A stretch of 64,000 bases of DNA, from NCBI GenBank assembly GCA_951406725.2, contig OX597822.1, positions 42,098,001 to 42,162,000 on the forward strand, in the 5' to 3' direction. Below, one piece after another: positions 24,988 through 38,143 of the stretch. Position 1 is the stretch's first letter. Each line of letters starts with the position of its first letter. This DNA is from Octopus vulgaris (lineage: Eukaryota). The notes beneath the pieces were generated by a model, which saw nothing but the letters and a program-made list of their open reading frames with translations, searched no databases and was not told where the DNA came from. The translations under genes and the position numbers were made by a program.

Positions 24988-27900
24988 TAAATATACGACG
25001 GGCTTCCTTCAGTTTCCATCTACCAAATCCACTCAAGGCTTTGGTCGACCCGAGGCTATAGTCGAAGACACTTGCCCAAGGTGCCACACAGTGGGACTGA
25101 ATCCGGAACCATGTGGTTGGTAAGCAAGCTACATCTTTATTTCTATTACTGCTGCTACTATTACTATTTTCTGTATTTTCAGTATTACAAGGAATTACTA
25201 GCAATCCATCCAGAAAACTTTCACACCCTGGAATTGGTTCAGAAGAGCATAATGGCTGTCTCTTTGGATGAAGACTGTCCTCAAGACACCAGTGAGGTAT
25301 GATTCTTTTTTGTTTTATGTAGTTCGGTTCATAGTGTATATATTTGTGTGCAATGTGTATCTGAATGGTATCATCATTATTTTGCATCTGCTTTCCATAC
25401 CTGCATGTTGTGATTGGGTCTATTTATCTAGACTGTTCAGCTGACTTCACCTCATTTTTAGATGCGACTTCATCTCATGGCTGCATTTCATTTTTAGTTT
25501 GGTTTCTCTTTCAGATGCTCTTTCTAACATTGACTTTACAGAATATATTGACTGCTTTCTTTCACAGCACCAACACTAGAGAGATGTCATGACCTTCACA
25601 AAACGAAACATTCTCACAATCTTACAGAGTGTACTGGCTGTGCTTTTTTCATGACACCAGCACTTGAGGGGTAGCCATGGTCACAACATCACTAAAGGGA
25701 CCTCATAAAACCACATCTGTCCTTGTTTGCCAGCCTCTTTACAGAGTGAGAAACATTAGTGACAGAGGCAAAAATGATATTGATGAGAGGGATGTGTGAT
25801 TGGGAAAGGAGTGATGGTAGCGCTCAGTATTTTAAGGTAGGTGTGTGTATATGAGACACGACTGAGATGTTAGAGAGGTGACAGAAGTCTATGGGACCCA
25901 AGGAATAGACAATGACAGAGAACCAGTATATCTAGGAAAAAAAGAATAGGAATAAGATAGCAGGCAGTGACAGAGGATGATGACAAGCAGTAAAGAGTGG
26001 AGGATTAAGCAAGTGGCAGAAGTTGTCCAATGTAGCCATTTATACTTTAGTGATGAGATGAGCTGAAGGGATTGAATAATGGAGGTGTTCACATGGCAAA
26101 TGGAAAGCAGATGGGTCCTGTATTGGTGAGCAATATAAAGGAGTGGTAGGAAGAAAAGAGTCAGAATAGGTACAGTAGCATGTTTAGTTACACTGAGTGG
26201 AAGCAATGCATGATGAGCAGAGGAGATCCACTGTCTACACCAGTTACATCAGAAGCTTAGGAGAGTGAGAATTGAGGAGGGAGTGATCGAGAGATGAGAA
26301 ATAGCCATGAATGAAAGAATGCAATGTATAGCAAATAGATGATCAATAAAGGTTCAGTTATCATTCCATCATCTACAGTTTTTCCTTATTAGTCAGTGTG
26401 TGCATGCATGGTCACGTGCATGTAAGTAAGTAACAAATAAACAGAAATTAATTTATGTTCCCCTTTCTTTATATATTCTCCATAGCTTATATTTCTTAAA
26501 ATACATGCATATGTATTTATATATACTCATGTATATAAATAAATACATGTTGTATAATATATATATATATATATATATGAGCAAAACACACCCTGTCCAA
26601 TGGACGGTGCTGAGTTGTAAAACATTTAAGCCAAATTTTCTGAAAACAACTTGTCTGACCGTTCCATAGGCCTCCCCTTTGAGAAACACTGATTTAACCT
26701 AAATTTGAGACACCAGCAAAAGAAGAAATAAAGATAGACTTTTTCTCTATTCCAAAGAAAAACGATTTCCCACGGCTTTATCAATCGCATTCTCACCTGG
26801 AATCGATTTTTGTAATTTTTTCAAGACTTATACACGCCCTGATACCGTCAGTATCTACATATCAAATTTGAGCGCAATCAGATGGAGGATGCCTGAGATC
26901 CTAAAAGCCACACACACACACACACACACATATACAGACAAAATGGATTTTATATGATAGATATATGCATCAAGAGTATAATATAAAAATTGAAAATAAA
27001 TATTGATATCCATAAATAATAACTGGTAGGTGTCGATAAGATATGTTTACTGTTTTCATCTTCAGAACAGATTTAGTGTCTCTTAGATAACATTAGAGAA
27101 TTATGATACACAGTTATAGCATGGTATATGTATTGTGGTGTGTGTGTGTATGTGTGTGAGAGAGAGAGAGAGAGAGCAAGAGATATGTGCATGTGGTGGG
27201 ACTGAGGTATTGGATGTAGAATGTGTGTGGAGGGAGGAAAAAGAAAAATGAATTATGTAAAAACTCTGTGTGCTTGGCAAGAAGTTATATAAGCAATGTT
27301 GCTCTATAAATGTGATGAAGATGATGATGATGGTAGTGGTGATTGTATATATATATGATGGCAGTGGTAGCCCAGATATTAATATTTTCTTGTCCATATT
27401 ATTTAACATTATTTCTTTCTTCCTTTTTCCCAGTTGTTTACAAAAGCCATTGCCGGTGATCCAACTAACAGATGGTTTGATAAATCTCTTAACCTTATCA
27501 GTTTCAAAAATGGTCTTTTTGGTTCTAACCTTGATGTAAGTAGTTTTGTTTTCCATTTTGATTTTCATCATCATCATCATCGTTGTTTAATGTCCATTTT
27601 CCATGCTGGCATGGGTTGGACGGTTTGACTGAAATCTGGAAAGCCAGCGGCTGCACCAGACTCCAATCTGATCTGGTAATGTTTCTATAGCTGGATGCCC
27701 TTCCTAACACCAACCACTCTGAGAGTGTAGTGGGTGCTTTTTACATATCACCAGCACAAGAACCCGTCAAGCTATCCTGGCATCGATCACATTTGGATAG
27801 TGTTTTTTACGTGCCACCAGCACAGGAGCCTGCCAGGAGGCACTGGCATTGGCCACGTTCAGATGGTGTTTTTATGTGCTATCAGCATGGGAGCCAGTCA

Positions 27901-30740
27901 TGGGGCACTGGCACCGGCCACGTTCAGATGGTGCTTTTTACATGCCACCAGCACGGGAGGTAGTCAGGAGGCATTGGCCACATTTGGATGGTGCTTTTTA
28001 CGTGCCACCAGCACGGGAGCCAGTCAGGAGGCACTGGCATTGGCCACGTTCAGATGGTGCCTTTTACGTGCCACTGGCACAGGAGCCAGTCGGGGGGGCA
28101 CTGGCCTTGACCGCATTTAGATGGTGCATTTTATGTGCCACCAGTCAGGGGTCACTGGCTACATAAATAAAAATTAAACTTTACTTTCACCATGGTGTGA
28201 TGTTCATAAATTTATTTATGACATAACTACTCCAACAGAAATTGTCACAACATTAATTTCTGTTGGACAAACAACTATATCAACTTTGGCCATGTGATTG
28301 TACAATAGTTCTCAGACCAGACATAACCACTTCTTTACAATCTCTGGCATGTCTATATCTATGCCACAATCTCTCCTAGGACTACATTTATTCCACTATT
28401 TCTCCTGTGGCCACATCAACTCCACAATCCCACTTCAATCTTTATCTACATCTCAATAACTGTTATATATATATATATATATATCTTTATATAAACAAAT
28501 TTTAATATGAGAAGATGGATTGAACAGGTTTTATTACAAATCACTATAATTGTTTCAATGCATCATTTTCGGTGGTTAATTGTTTTAAATGTTATGTATA
28601 TTATATGCAGTATTGCATTAATATGATTCAACAATAGTTGTATACATGCAGATCCTCAGAACACCTGAGTTAAAGCACAGGCAAACTTTACCTTGGTAGA
28701 ATTTGAACTCAGAACATAAAGACAGACAAAATACCACAAAGCATTTTGCCCAGGATGCTAACAATTTTGGTAGCTTGCCACCTAATCCTTTTTCTCATTA
28801 TTGTTAACCTTATTTTGATACTCACCTCCAACATTATAACATACACCATTTCATAGTGCTCCCCTTTATCTTTAGAAGCTCCTTTCCTATTTAAATACTT
28901 CAAGTTTTCAAATTCTATATTAAACATCTAATTCTTGTTTCCTTCTCATTTATTGCCTGTAGAAAATAACTATTTGCCCTTCAACTTCTCATATATGACG
29001 TAGCATTTCACTTTATAAATAATTTATTCTTCATTTTATTCTGTTAGCACGCACCCTCTGATGGGATGACCACCGTCCACATGACGTATTATGTTGACTG
29101 CCGTGTCAAAGAGTCAAAAGGAAAATGGACAGTAAGTTTTACTCATTTCTGACATTCAAATTTACATTTTATGGTATGACAGAGATCAAGACAGGCCCAT
29201 AGCTATTGAAGAAGTTGTTATTGAAACCAAGTTAAATCTTGGCTATTGAGGCACAGTAGGGCTCTTAACTATTATGAAACCACAAAATCTACTACCACTA
29301 CTACTGATGCACCAAGCTTCAAAGTTGATTCCGTGATTAAATTTTCATTATATCTTATATTTTTTATTTATAAAAGCACAGTAAATGGAATATTGTAAAA
29401 AAGAATAATAATGTCCCCAGTAATGGACTGTCAATGTATTAGCTGCTCATAGAGTAGGGAATTGTTGCTCAACTCAAGCTCAAGACAGTAGATATGTGAT
29501 CAAAAGTAGTATGATTTTGACTATTCCATCTTTTTATGAGTATCTTGGACTGCATTATTCTATGTATCAACAACCATCACCTGCTTCTAAGCAAGGTCAT
29601 ATTTTCCCATATGTTTTTCACAGAAGACTGGGAACTAAGAACTTCACTTGTAAGACACTAATTTTCATTTGCAAATACCACATGTTTAGACAAGGAACCA
29701 TACAAACATGCACAAACACTCACACACACACATGTACGTTATATATATATATATATATATATAAAGTTATGTAAGAATCCGTAAGTTATAAAATATATAC
29801 ACTTATATTTGGCAATAGTGATTACATATAAGTATTATATATCCATTATGGCTGATCTTACAGATCAGTTTCACACCAAATATTAAACTGGATGTTAGAT
29901 GACAGCATGGTTAAATAATACTACATATTCATCAGAACCAACAAGTATGGAAAAGATGTATAGCAATTGCTCTGCGTTATTGGAAGTGAAAAATCAAATC
30001 CAGTTTGTTGGTGCTGTGAACAAAGACGTTGAAATGAGCAAGGGTTATATTAAGAGTTATATCTCTTGAACTGAAAATTCTCTGAGATGCTGTTAGGCTG
30101 CAAAAGTTTTCTGAAATGTGTGTGGGGGTTTACATGATTAGATGTTTTGGTGGGATGAGGGTGCATATACATCTGTGTGTTTTAGTTAAACTCTTTGTTG
30201 GGTTCTCAAGATATGGTAGTGAAAAAGCTGAAGGTCCAGAATTAGTAACTATAGTCATAATTGGGCCTGTAGCTATGTTGAAATATACTTTCTTTCATGT
30301 GGGCAAGGGCTAAAAATCTCACTTCTGCAGTTTAGATAGATGTCAAGGTCCTGAAAGTTTTTTGATATGGTTTCTTTCTCAGCTCAGCATAATCTGCATT
30401 TTGTGTTGCTATTAAAATAATAATAAAATAAGCCTTGCACTTCTCAAAGATTTTTCACTTTATCCTGTATTCCATTGCACTTTCCTTTAATGACCGTTTG
30501 TGCCTGGCCAGGGCAGTGACATTTTATCTCTTTAGCATATTGAAAAGGGACTTATGGGTATCGAATCTGATCCTGAAGAGACTTTCTGCCACTCCCACAT
30601 ACATTCACATATTTGGCTGCTCATGTGGTCCTTTTGATGTTATTTCTGCCTCATGTGCTCTTATCCAAAATTAATATCCAGTGTGAAACTAATTGGCAAG
30701 ATCATTTGTAATGGATATATAATACTGTATACTTTGAAAT

Positions 30741-30772
<32 letters not shown>

Positions 30773-30869
30773 TTATGTGCATACATACACACACATATAC
30801 ATGTGTATATAAATGTGTGTGTGTGTACACTTATATATATATATGTGTGCATGGGTGTATGTGTGTGTG

Positions 30870-30925
<56 letters not shown>

Positions 30926-33900
30926 AATATATTTAACACATAAAGCATGACAGGCCATGATTGTAACCCAGATAGATGCATTTAATTTATGAGCATTTGT
31001 TGGGGTCTAATGTCACTCAAACACTCCAATACCCCCCAGAATGCAAAATGACTAATAGTTCAACTAATGACTTTTCGGATGATGTAAAACTTGCCACCAT
31101 TATATACTTAGAAGATATTTTAACTATTTTTTGTTTTTTATGTGTGCATGGTAGGTTTATTTTCATACAATGTGCTCAGCAGTCAATGCTATGTAAATGC
31201 AAATCCCAGCGCTTTATGGGTTAATTCAAATCTAAATTCTAGAGTTGTTGTTGTTACCTTTATCAAAAAAAGAAATTAGTCATGAAACCAATGATTCGTT
31301 TTCCTTGTTACAGAAGAAATTTTGATTAACTTTTCTCTGCTCATTACATTCCATTAACACTGAATAAACTATTGTCATCAAGGTTTGATTTATGATGGAA
31401 TGACCAGCTTCCATAGTATCTCTTGTTTAACTCCATTTTGCTCTCAATAATTTGCCAACAGCTGTTTCTGTAAAATATATAACTTGATCACTGCAGGGAA
31501 ACATGACTGTTCGAGACTTGGAACCACCAAAAGAAATTGTACTTCACTTGAATGAAAGCATTTATCAAGGAATTGAAGATGCAAAAAAAATGTATTTGAA
31601 CACTGTAAGTTTACATTTTCATTTTATTTTAAGGAAGAATTACTGCATTCACAGCTCAGGTTGTTTACTCTAAATAATAATAATAATAATAATGGTTTTA
31701 AATTTTGTCACAAGGGCAACAGTTTTGAGGAGGGGATGAGTCAATTACATTGGCCTCAGTGTTTCACTGGTACTTAATTTATCGATCCCAAAAGGATGAC
31801 AGGTAAAATCAACCACAGCAAAATTTGAACTCAAAACATAGCAACAGGCAAAATACCGCTAAGCATTTCATCGACCATGCTAACGATTCTGCCAGCTCAT
31901 CACCTTAATAATAATAATGATGGTTTCAAATTTTGGTACAGGACCTGCAACTTCGTGGGAAGGAGGAAGTTGCTTACATCAACCCCAGCACTTGGCTGGT
32001 ACTTATTTCATCAATCTCAAAAGGATAAAACGCAAAGTGCATATGCCTGTGTGTATATATATATATACATATATTTTGGTGATTTAAATAAGAGTTTTGA
32101 TTGTTATTTCCAGCAGATAGACATACTTAGTATGTCCTTCGATTAATTTTAATCCTTCAGCTATTTAAAGCTTTGGGAGGTGGGGCTGCAATTGCCTACA
32201 TTATTGATTCTGTTATTATCATTTTTAAATTGTTAGACTAGATAATAATAGTCGATGATATCTTCACAAATTATTTTCCCATGAATTATTTTTCTCATGA
32301 ATTATTTGCTCCGTATTGAAATAAATATATATACACACACACACACATACATTACTAGTAGGGGCACTATATTTCATTATGCAACCATCATATACTGTCA
32401 AGTATATTGAAGGCTTATAAGTCAATACTCTGTCCCACCTGTGTTAGCTGTGCAATTTAGTCACTTTTTTTTAAAGTTACCTCTACAGATTTTCTACAGA
32501 TATTGGAGCCTGCACTGAACATTTTGACATTTCATATAAACTTTCATCTATGTAAATATGCATTCAAAGCTAGAAAAATAGGTAATGGATGTATATGCAT
32601 ATTTCAAGAGTTCTTGTGCCTTCTTCAGTACCACATCCAACCCAGTAACTATCCACAAACACATTACTTATATCTATATACTACTAAAAGTCTGTGATTG
32701 CTTGTGTGTTCCTGTCTGTAATTTAATATAGCCAAACTAGTGCATAATGGGAATACAAACAGAATAAGACAAGTTTCACTTAAATAGGACCATGGATTCT
32801 TGAGATATGCAGTTTTTATGGGTACCTTTATAAATAGCCAAATCAGTGCATAATTGCAAAAATGCTTTGAAAGTAAGGTACCATTGAAATGTGAATACAA
32901 AGGAAATAAAACAAGTTTTGCATAAATCAGATCACAGTTTCTCAAGATATGCAGTTATTTTGGGTACCTTGAACAATTGGTGTTTAAACAGGTCACAGGT
33001 AGGCTAGTAGCTAACTAAATTTAACAGTAACACAATAGGATGTACTAATTTTAGATATTAGACACATTCCTAACAACTGGTACATACATGTTAGTTGCTG
33101 GTAAGGACACTGTGTTTCATCTTGCAACCATAATATACCACCAAGTATATTAATTAATTGCTGGTAGGAACACTATATTTCCTTATCATCATCATTTAAC
33201 GTCCGCTTTCATGCTGACATGGGTTGGACAGTTTGACTGAGGACTGGCAAGCCAGAAGGCTGTACCAGGCTCCAATCTGATCTGGCAAGGTTTCTACAGC
33301 CGGATGCTCTTCCTAATGTCAACCACTATGAGAGTGTAGTGGATGCTTTTTACATGCCACTGGCACGAGGGCCAGTCAGGCAGTACTGGCATCGACCACG
33401 TTTGAATGGTGCTTTTTACATGCCACCAGCATGGGAGCCAGTCAGCCGGCACTGGCAACAACCACACTTGAATGGTGCTTTTTATGTGTCACCAGCACAG
33501 GAGCCAGTCAGGCGATAGTGGCAACGACCACACTTGAATGGTGCTTTTTTTATGTGTCACCAGCACAGGAGCCAGTCAGACAATAGTGGCAACGACCTCA
33601 CTTGAATGGTGCTTTTTATGTGCCACTGGCATGAATGCCAGTGAAGCAGTACTGGAAACGACCATGCTTGAATGGTAGCTTTTTATGTGCTACTGGCATG
33701 AATGCCAGTTAGGCAGTACTAGCATCAGCCACGACAATGTTTTCACCTGACTCAAGAGGTCTTCTCAAGCACAGTTTATTGTACTCTTAAATGGGCCAGT
33801 GATGCTACACTTGCATAGGCCATGGTTATCGTCTCACTTCGCTTGCCAGGTCTTCTCAAGCACGGATGGTCAATGAGTTGAATGAGGTACTGAAGAAGGA

Positions 33901-35315
33901 GCAAGAGCTCATGGAATATGCATATTCATTCATTGCCTTCATTACCTATTTTTCTGTTTTAGATCACATTGTTTACATACATGTATTTTATATGAAATGT
34001 GACTTTCAGCACTGGCTGGAATTTCTATAGGAAATCTGTAGAGATAACTTGTAAAAGACAGAGTAGAAGAAAGTGCCAATGGTGTGGATTTGTTTAAAGT
34101 GAACTTCAATTTGTCAGGATGCGACATACACACTTAATTTCATGACGTTCCTCTGCAGCAGATATGGAATGACACATACAAGATCCAGTTATGAAGTTGC
34201 AACGGACTGCTGCTGATTCAGTTACAGTTTTGAGTGGTGCCTTCTGTAGCATGTCCATCATACATAGCCCTCTTCATCTGCTGTTTCAACCATTGAGATC
34301 TGTTGTAATTATCATCTACCTGTTCCACCATTGGAGTCTTTGGGAGTTGGTCATGCTTAGCCTGGTTCCCCATCTTCAACTTTACTACCAAGGGTGGCCC
34401 TACCAGGAGTTTAGAATTCCTGTCAGCATCGCTCTCAGAGTTATTGGTCCATGCAAGGCCCTCCATCACAAGGATCAACCATCAAGAGGCATATATATAT
34501 ATATATATATATATATAGCCCCCACCCGGCTCTATGTATACCCAGGTCTTCACCACCCTCCCCCCTCTGCACTCTTTATTCACACTACCTTTGCAATATC
34601 CTGCCACTTATATTATGGCTTTCGAACCTCAAGGGTATGCCCTGGCACTTACCACCATCAATATCCCTCTCTTCCTTTACTCAATCGTCCCATTTATATT
34701 CTGATCCCCGTCCCTTGTGAGTATGCCCAGCATTTTACCACCATCTCTATTCCGCTGTCTCCCACTCTCTCGCACCTTCTCCTGCATTTCCCTCAGGTTG
34801 GGTAACCATGTCTTTCCTTTGCAGTAGTGCACCTGTTTTTGCCTTCATTCCTGATCTCTCTCCAGGTAACCTTGTTCTTCCTCTACAGCAAGACACCTGT
34901 TTCTGTGTCTCTGTCTCACTTTAGCCTTTCATCATCCAAAACAAGATCATCTACTCCAATGCCTCCTCCCCTCTTAAAATTTTTTTTTGTTTTTTGGCTT
35001 GCAAGTACTTGGTGACCCTGTCAGTGCAGGTGCCACTTAAAAGCACCTAGGCCACACTATAAATTGGTTGGTGTTCAAAAGGGCATCCAGCTGTAAAAAC
35101 CTTGCTAAAACTGACCTCGCCTGTGCTTGTGCCATGTAAAAAGCTCTAAGTCCACTCTGCTGAGTGGTTGGTGTTAGGAAGGGCATCCAGCTATAAAAAT
35201 CCTGCCAAAACAGTCACAGAAGTCTGGCGCAGGCTTCTGCCTGACTGGCTCTTGTGAAACTGTCCCACCCATGCTAGAATGGAAGGCAGACGTTAAACGA
35301 GGATGATGATGATGA

Positions 35316-35359
<44 letters not shown>

Positions 35360-36007
35360 AAGTCTCTTTTTATAGAACTTGTCTATCAGGTTTAAAATTT
35401 TTTTAGACGTTATCTCATAGGGTGGTGTTGAGATCCATGATCTATTGTGATTAGGAAACAGCAATGAAGGTTTCATATAAAAGGATAATTCTGGCTGGAA
35501 GTTGGTCATCTCTCTGTAGTTTGTTGACTGAAGCCAGACTAAAGAGACAATAGAATGGCTCAACCATTAATTTATTAGTGTCTCAGTCAACCAGCCTGCT
35601 CTACTTGCTACATTTTCTCTGTAACAGTTTTATGTCATTTTCAGGCCAAGACAATAAAATGTAACATTTTGTGGTATGATAAATATGGCCGTACTTTCCT
35701 GCGAAGTTTTAATCTTCATCCAGATACACATGTCCAACTTGCATTGCAGTACACCTACTACCGTTTGTATGGCAAGTGAGTATAACTATTAACCCTTTAG
35801 TGTTCAGATTATGCTGCCAAATGTAATGTTTGTTTATACAGGAGCAGGAGGGGTTGTGTGGTAAGTAGCTTGCTTACCAACCACATGGTTCCGGGTTCAG
35901 TCACACTGAGTGGCACTTTAGGCAAGTGTCTTCTACTATAGCCTCAGGCCGACCAAAATCTTGTGAGTGGATTTGGTAGACGGAAACTGAAAGAAGTCTG
36001 AAGTCTG

Positions 36008-36058
<51 letters not shown>

Positions 36059-37066
36059 CATATATATATCTCGGAGAGGCACAAGCACCTACATACACAT
36101 ATACACACACAGCAGTAACGGCAGTAACTTCCATCTACCAAATTCAATTACAAAGCTTCATATATATATATATGTATGTATGTTTGTGTGTCTGTGTTTG
36201 TCCCCCAACCATCGCTTGACAACCGATGTTGGTGTGTTTATGTCCCCGTAACTTAGCAGTTCGGCAAAAGGAGACTGATGGAATAAGTACTAGCGTTACA
36301 AAGAATAAGTCCTGGGGGCGATTTGTTCAACTAAAGGCAGTGCTCCAGCATGGCCACAGTCTAATAACTGACACAAATAAAAAAAAAAATTTTAAAATAG
36401 TATAAAATTAATTATGCATTATCTTGTAGTTTAGAGATGCCGATGCTTAGTTTTAGAATGGCATTGTAGGATGTGTGTGAGAGGCTGAACCCTCGCCAGT
36501 TTCAATATAAAACAGTAGAATATTTTGTCCGAATATGGCCAGTTTGAATGCTAAAGTGTTAAACTTCTAGAATAACAACTATTGATCTAGTACCTTAATG
36601 ATTACAATTTAGACTTCACAAATTAGTAATAATTGCCACATAATGCTTTTATTTCAGGCCGGCTCCGACATATGAAACTGCAACAATCCGTGTATTTTGG
36701 CATGGGCGTACAGAAACAATCCGATCTTGTTCTGTGGAAGCTATCAAGTGGTGCCAAGCAATGTTAGATGCTAAAGTCTCGGTAAGAAATATTTCACATG
36801 TATGTGTGTGCACATTTGTATGTATGTATGTATGTATATATATGTATGTATAGATATATATATATATATGAAATGCTTAGCAGTATTTTGTCTGACGTTA
36901 CGCTCTGAGTTCAAATTCTGCCAAGTTCAATTTCACCTTTCATCCTTTCGGAGCTGATTAAATAAGTACCAGTAATGCACTGGGATCAATGTAATTGACT
37001 TAATCCCCTTGTCCGTCCTTGTTTGTTTGTCCCCTCTATTTTTAGCCCCCTGTGAGCAATTAAGAA

Positions 37067-37105
<39 letters not shown>

Positions 37106-37293
37106 GTTTCAAATTTTGGCACAAGGCCAAGAGTTTCAGGAGTGAGGGTAAGTTGATTACTTCAACCCCAGAGCTCAATTGGTACTTGTTTTAATCAAAC
37201 CCTCAGCAGAATTTGAACTCACAACTTAAAGATAGATGAAATACCACTAAGCATTTTGCCTGGTTTGCTAGCAATTCTGCCAGTTTGCTGTTG

Positions 37294-37327
<34 letters not shown>

Positions 37328-38084
37328 AAATAAATTCTTTAACAAGGAGAGTATTGACAGTGACTTTTGAAGTTTTAGTTACCTAATCCACCATTGTAAT
37401 ATTGTTCATTTAAGTTCCTTTTGGCTTTAAGTTAAGTTAAAATTTTCTCTGGTAATCTGAATTCTGTTGAATGGTTGTTAGGCTGTAGGTTGTGGTAGCA
37501 AAATTGTATGGAGAATTTTTATTTAATTTGGATAACTGCTAATTGTTTATGCATGTTCATAGAAAAGTGTATACGGTGTTGCTGTATTTTTTCCTGCTTT
37601 GTTATATATTGTGCATGCTAAGCAGTATTGTGAAGTAATAAACTTATAAACCAGTTCAAGTATGTTTGTGACATATTTGACCCGTAAAAAGGTCATTTTT
37701 CACTGTGATCTGCCATGGAGAAAATTCTCATTTCAGGCAATAGGTTTCAGAACACCATCATATCTGAACTGATTTAAAAGATTTTTTTAGTTCACAACAC
37801 TACTTAGCATGCATAATATATAATTTATTCTAACCTGGCAGGTGATCACTCAAATCAACAAATAGCTTTCACTGATCTTCTATAAACAAAGCTTATAGTT
37901 TCCAAAGTGTCTCTTGTGAAGTAGTTGATACTGAGGATAACCAAATAGTTGCAAATGCATTTATTGATCAACCAGGAGACCCTGCGATGACTGATGTTGT
38001 TTTGACATCTATGCCTAAAGCAAGAATTTTCTCTATGGCAAACCACAGTGAAAATGGCCTTTTTTCCAGATTAGAAGTCACATA

Positions 38085-38143
<59 letters not shown>

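Noticed and set aside
27730-28150. CRISPR-like repeat/spacer appearance (also 33340-33730, 55640-56000)
   Set aside because: The 'spacers' are homologous to each other, there are no cas genes, and the context is a eukaryotic LINE 3' UTR.
34191-34805. 204-aa ORF (and 206-aa ORF at 54559-55179)
   Set aside because: No recognisable domain; low-complexity pyrimidine/purine-biased or repeat-derived sequence.
37330-37680. Possible second Penelope GIY-YIG remnant (minus strand, LVYKF...EH)
   Set aside because: Too degenerate to support without a profile search.
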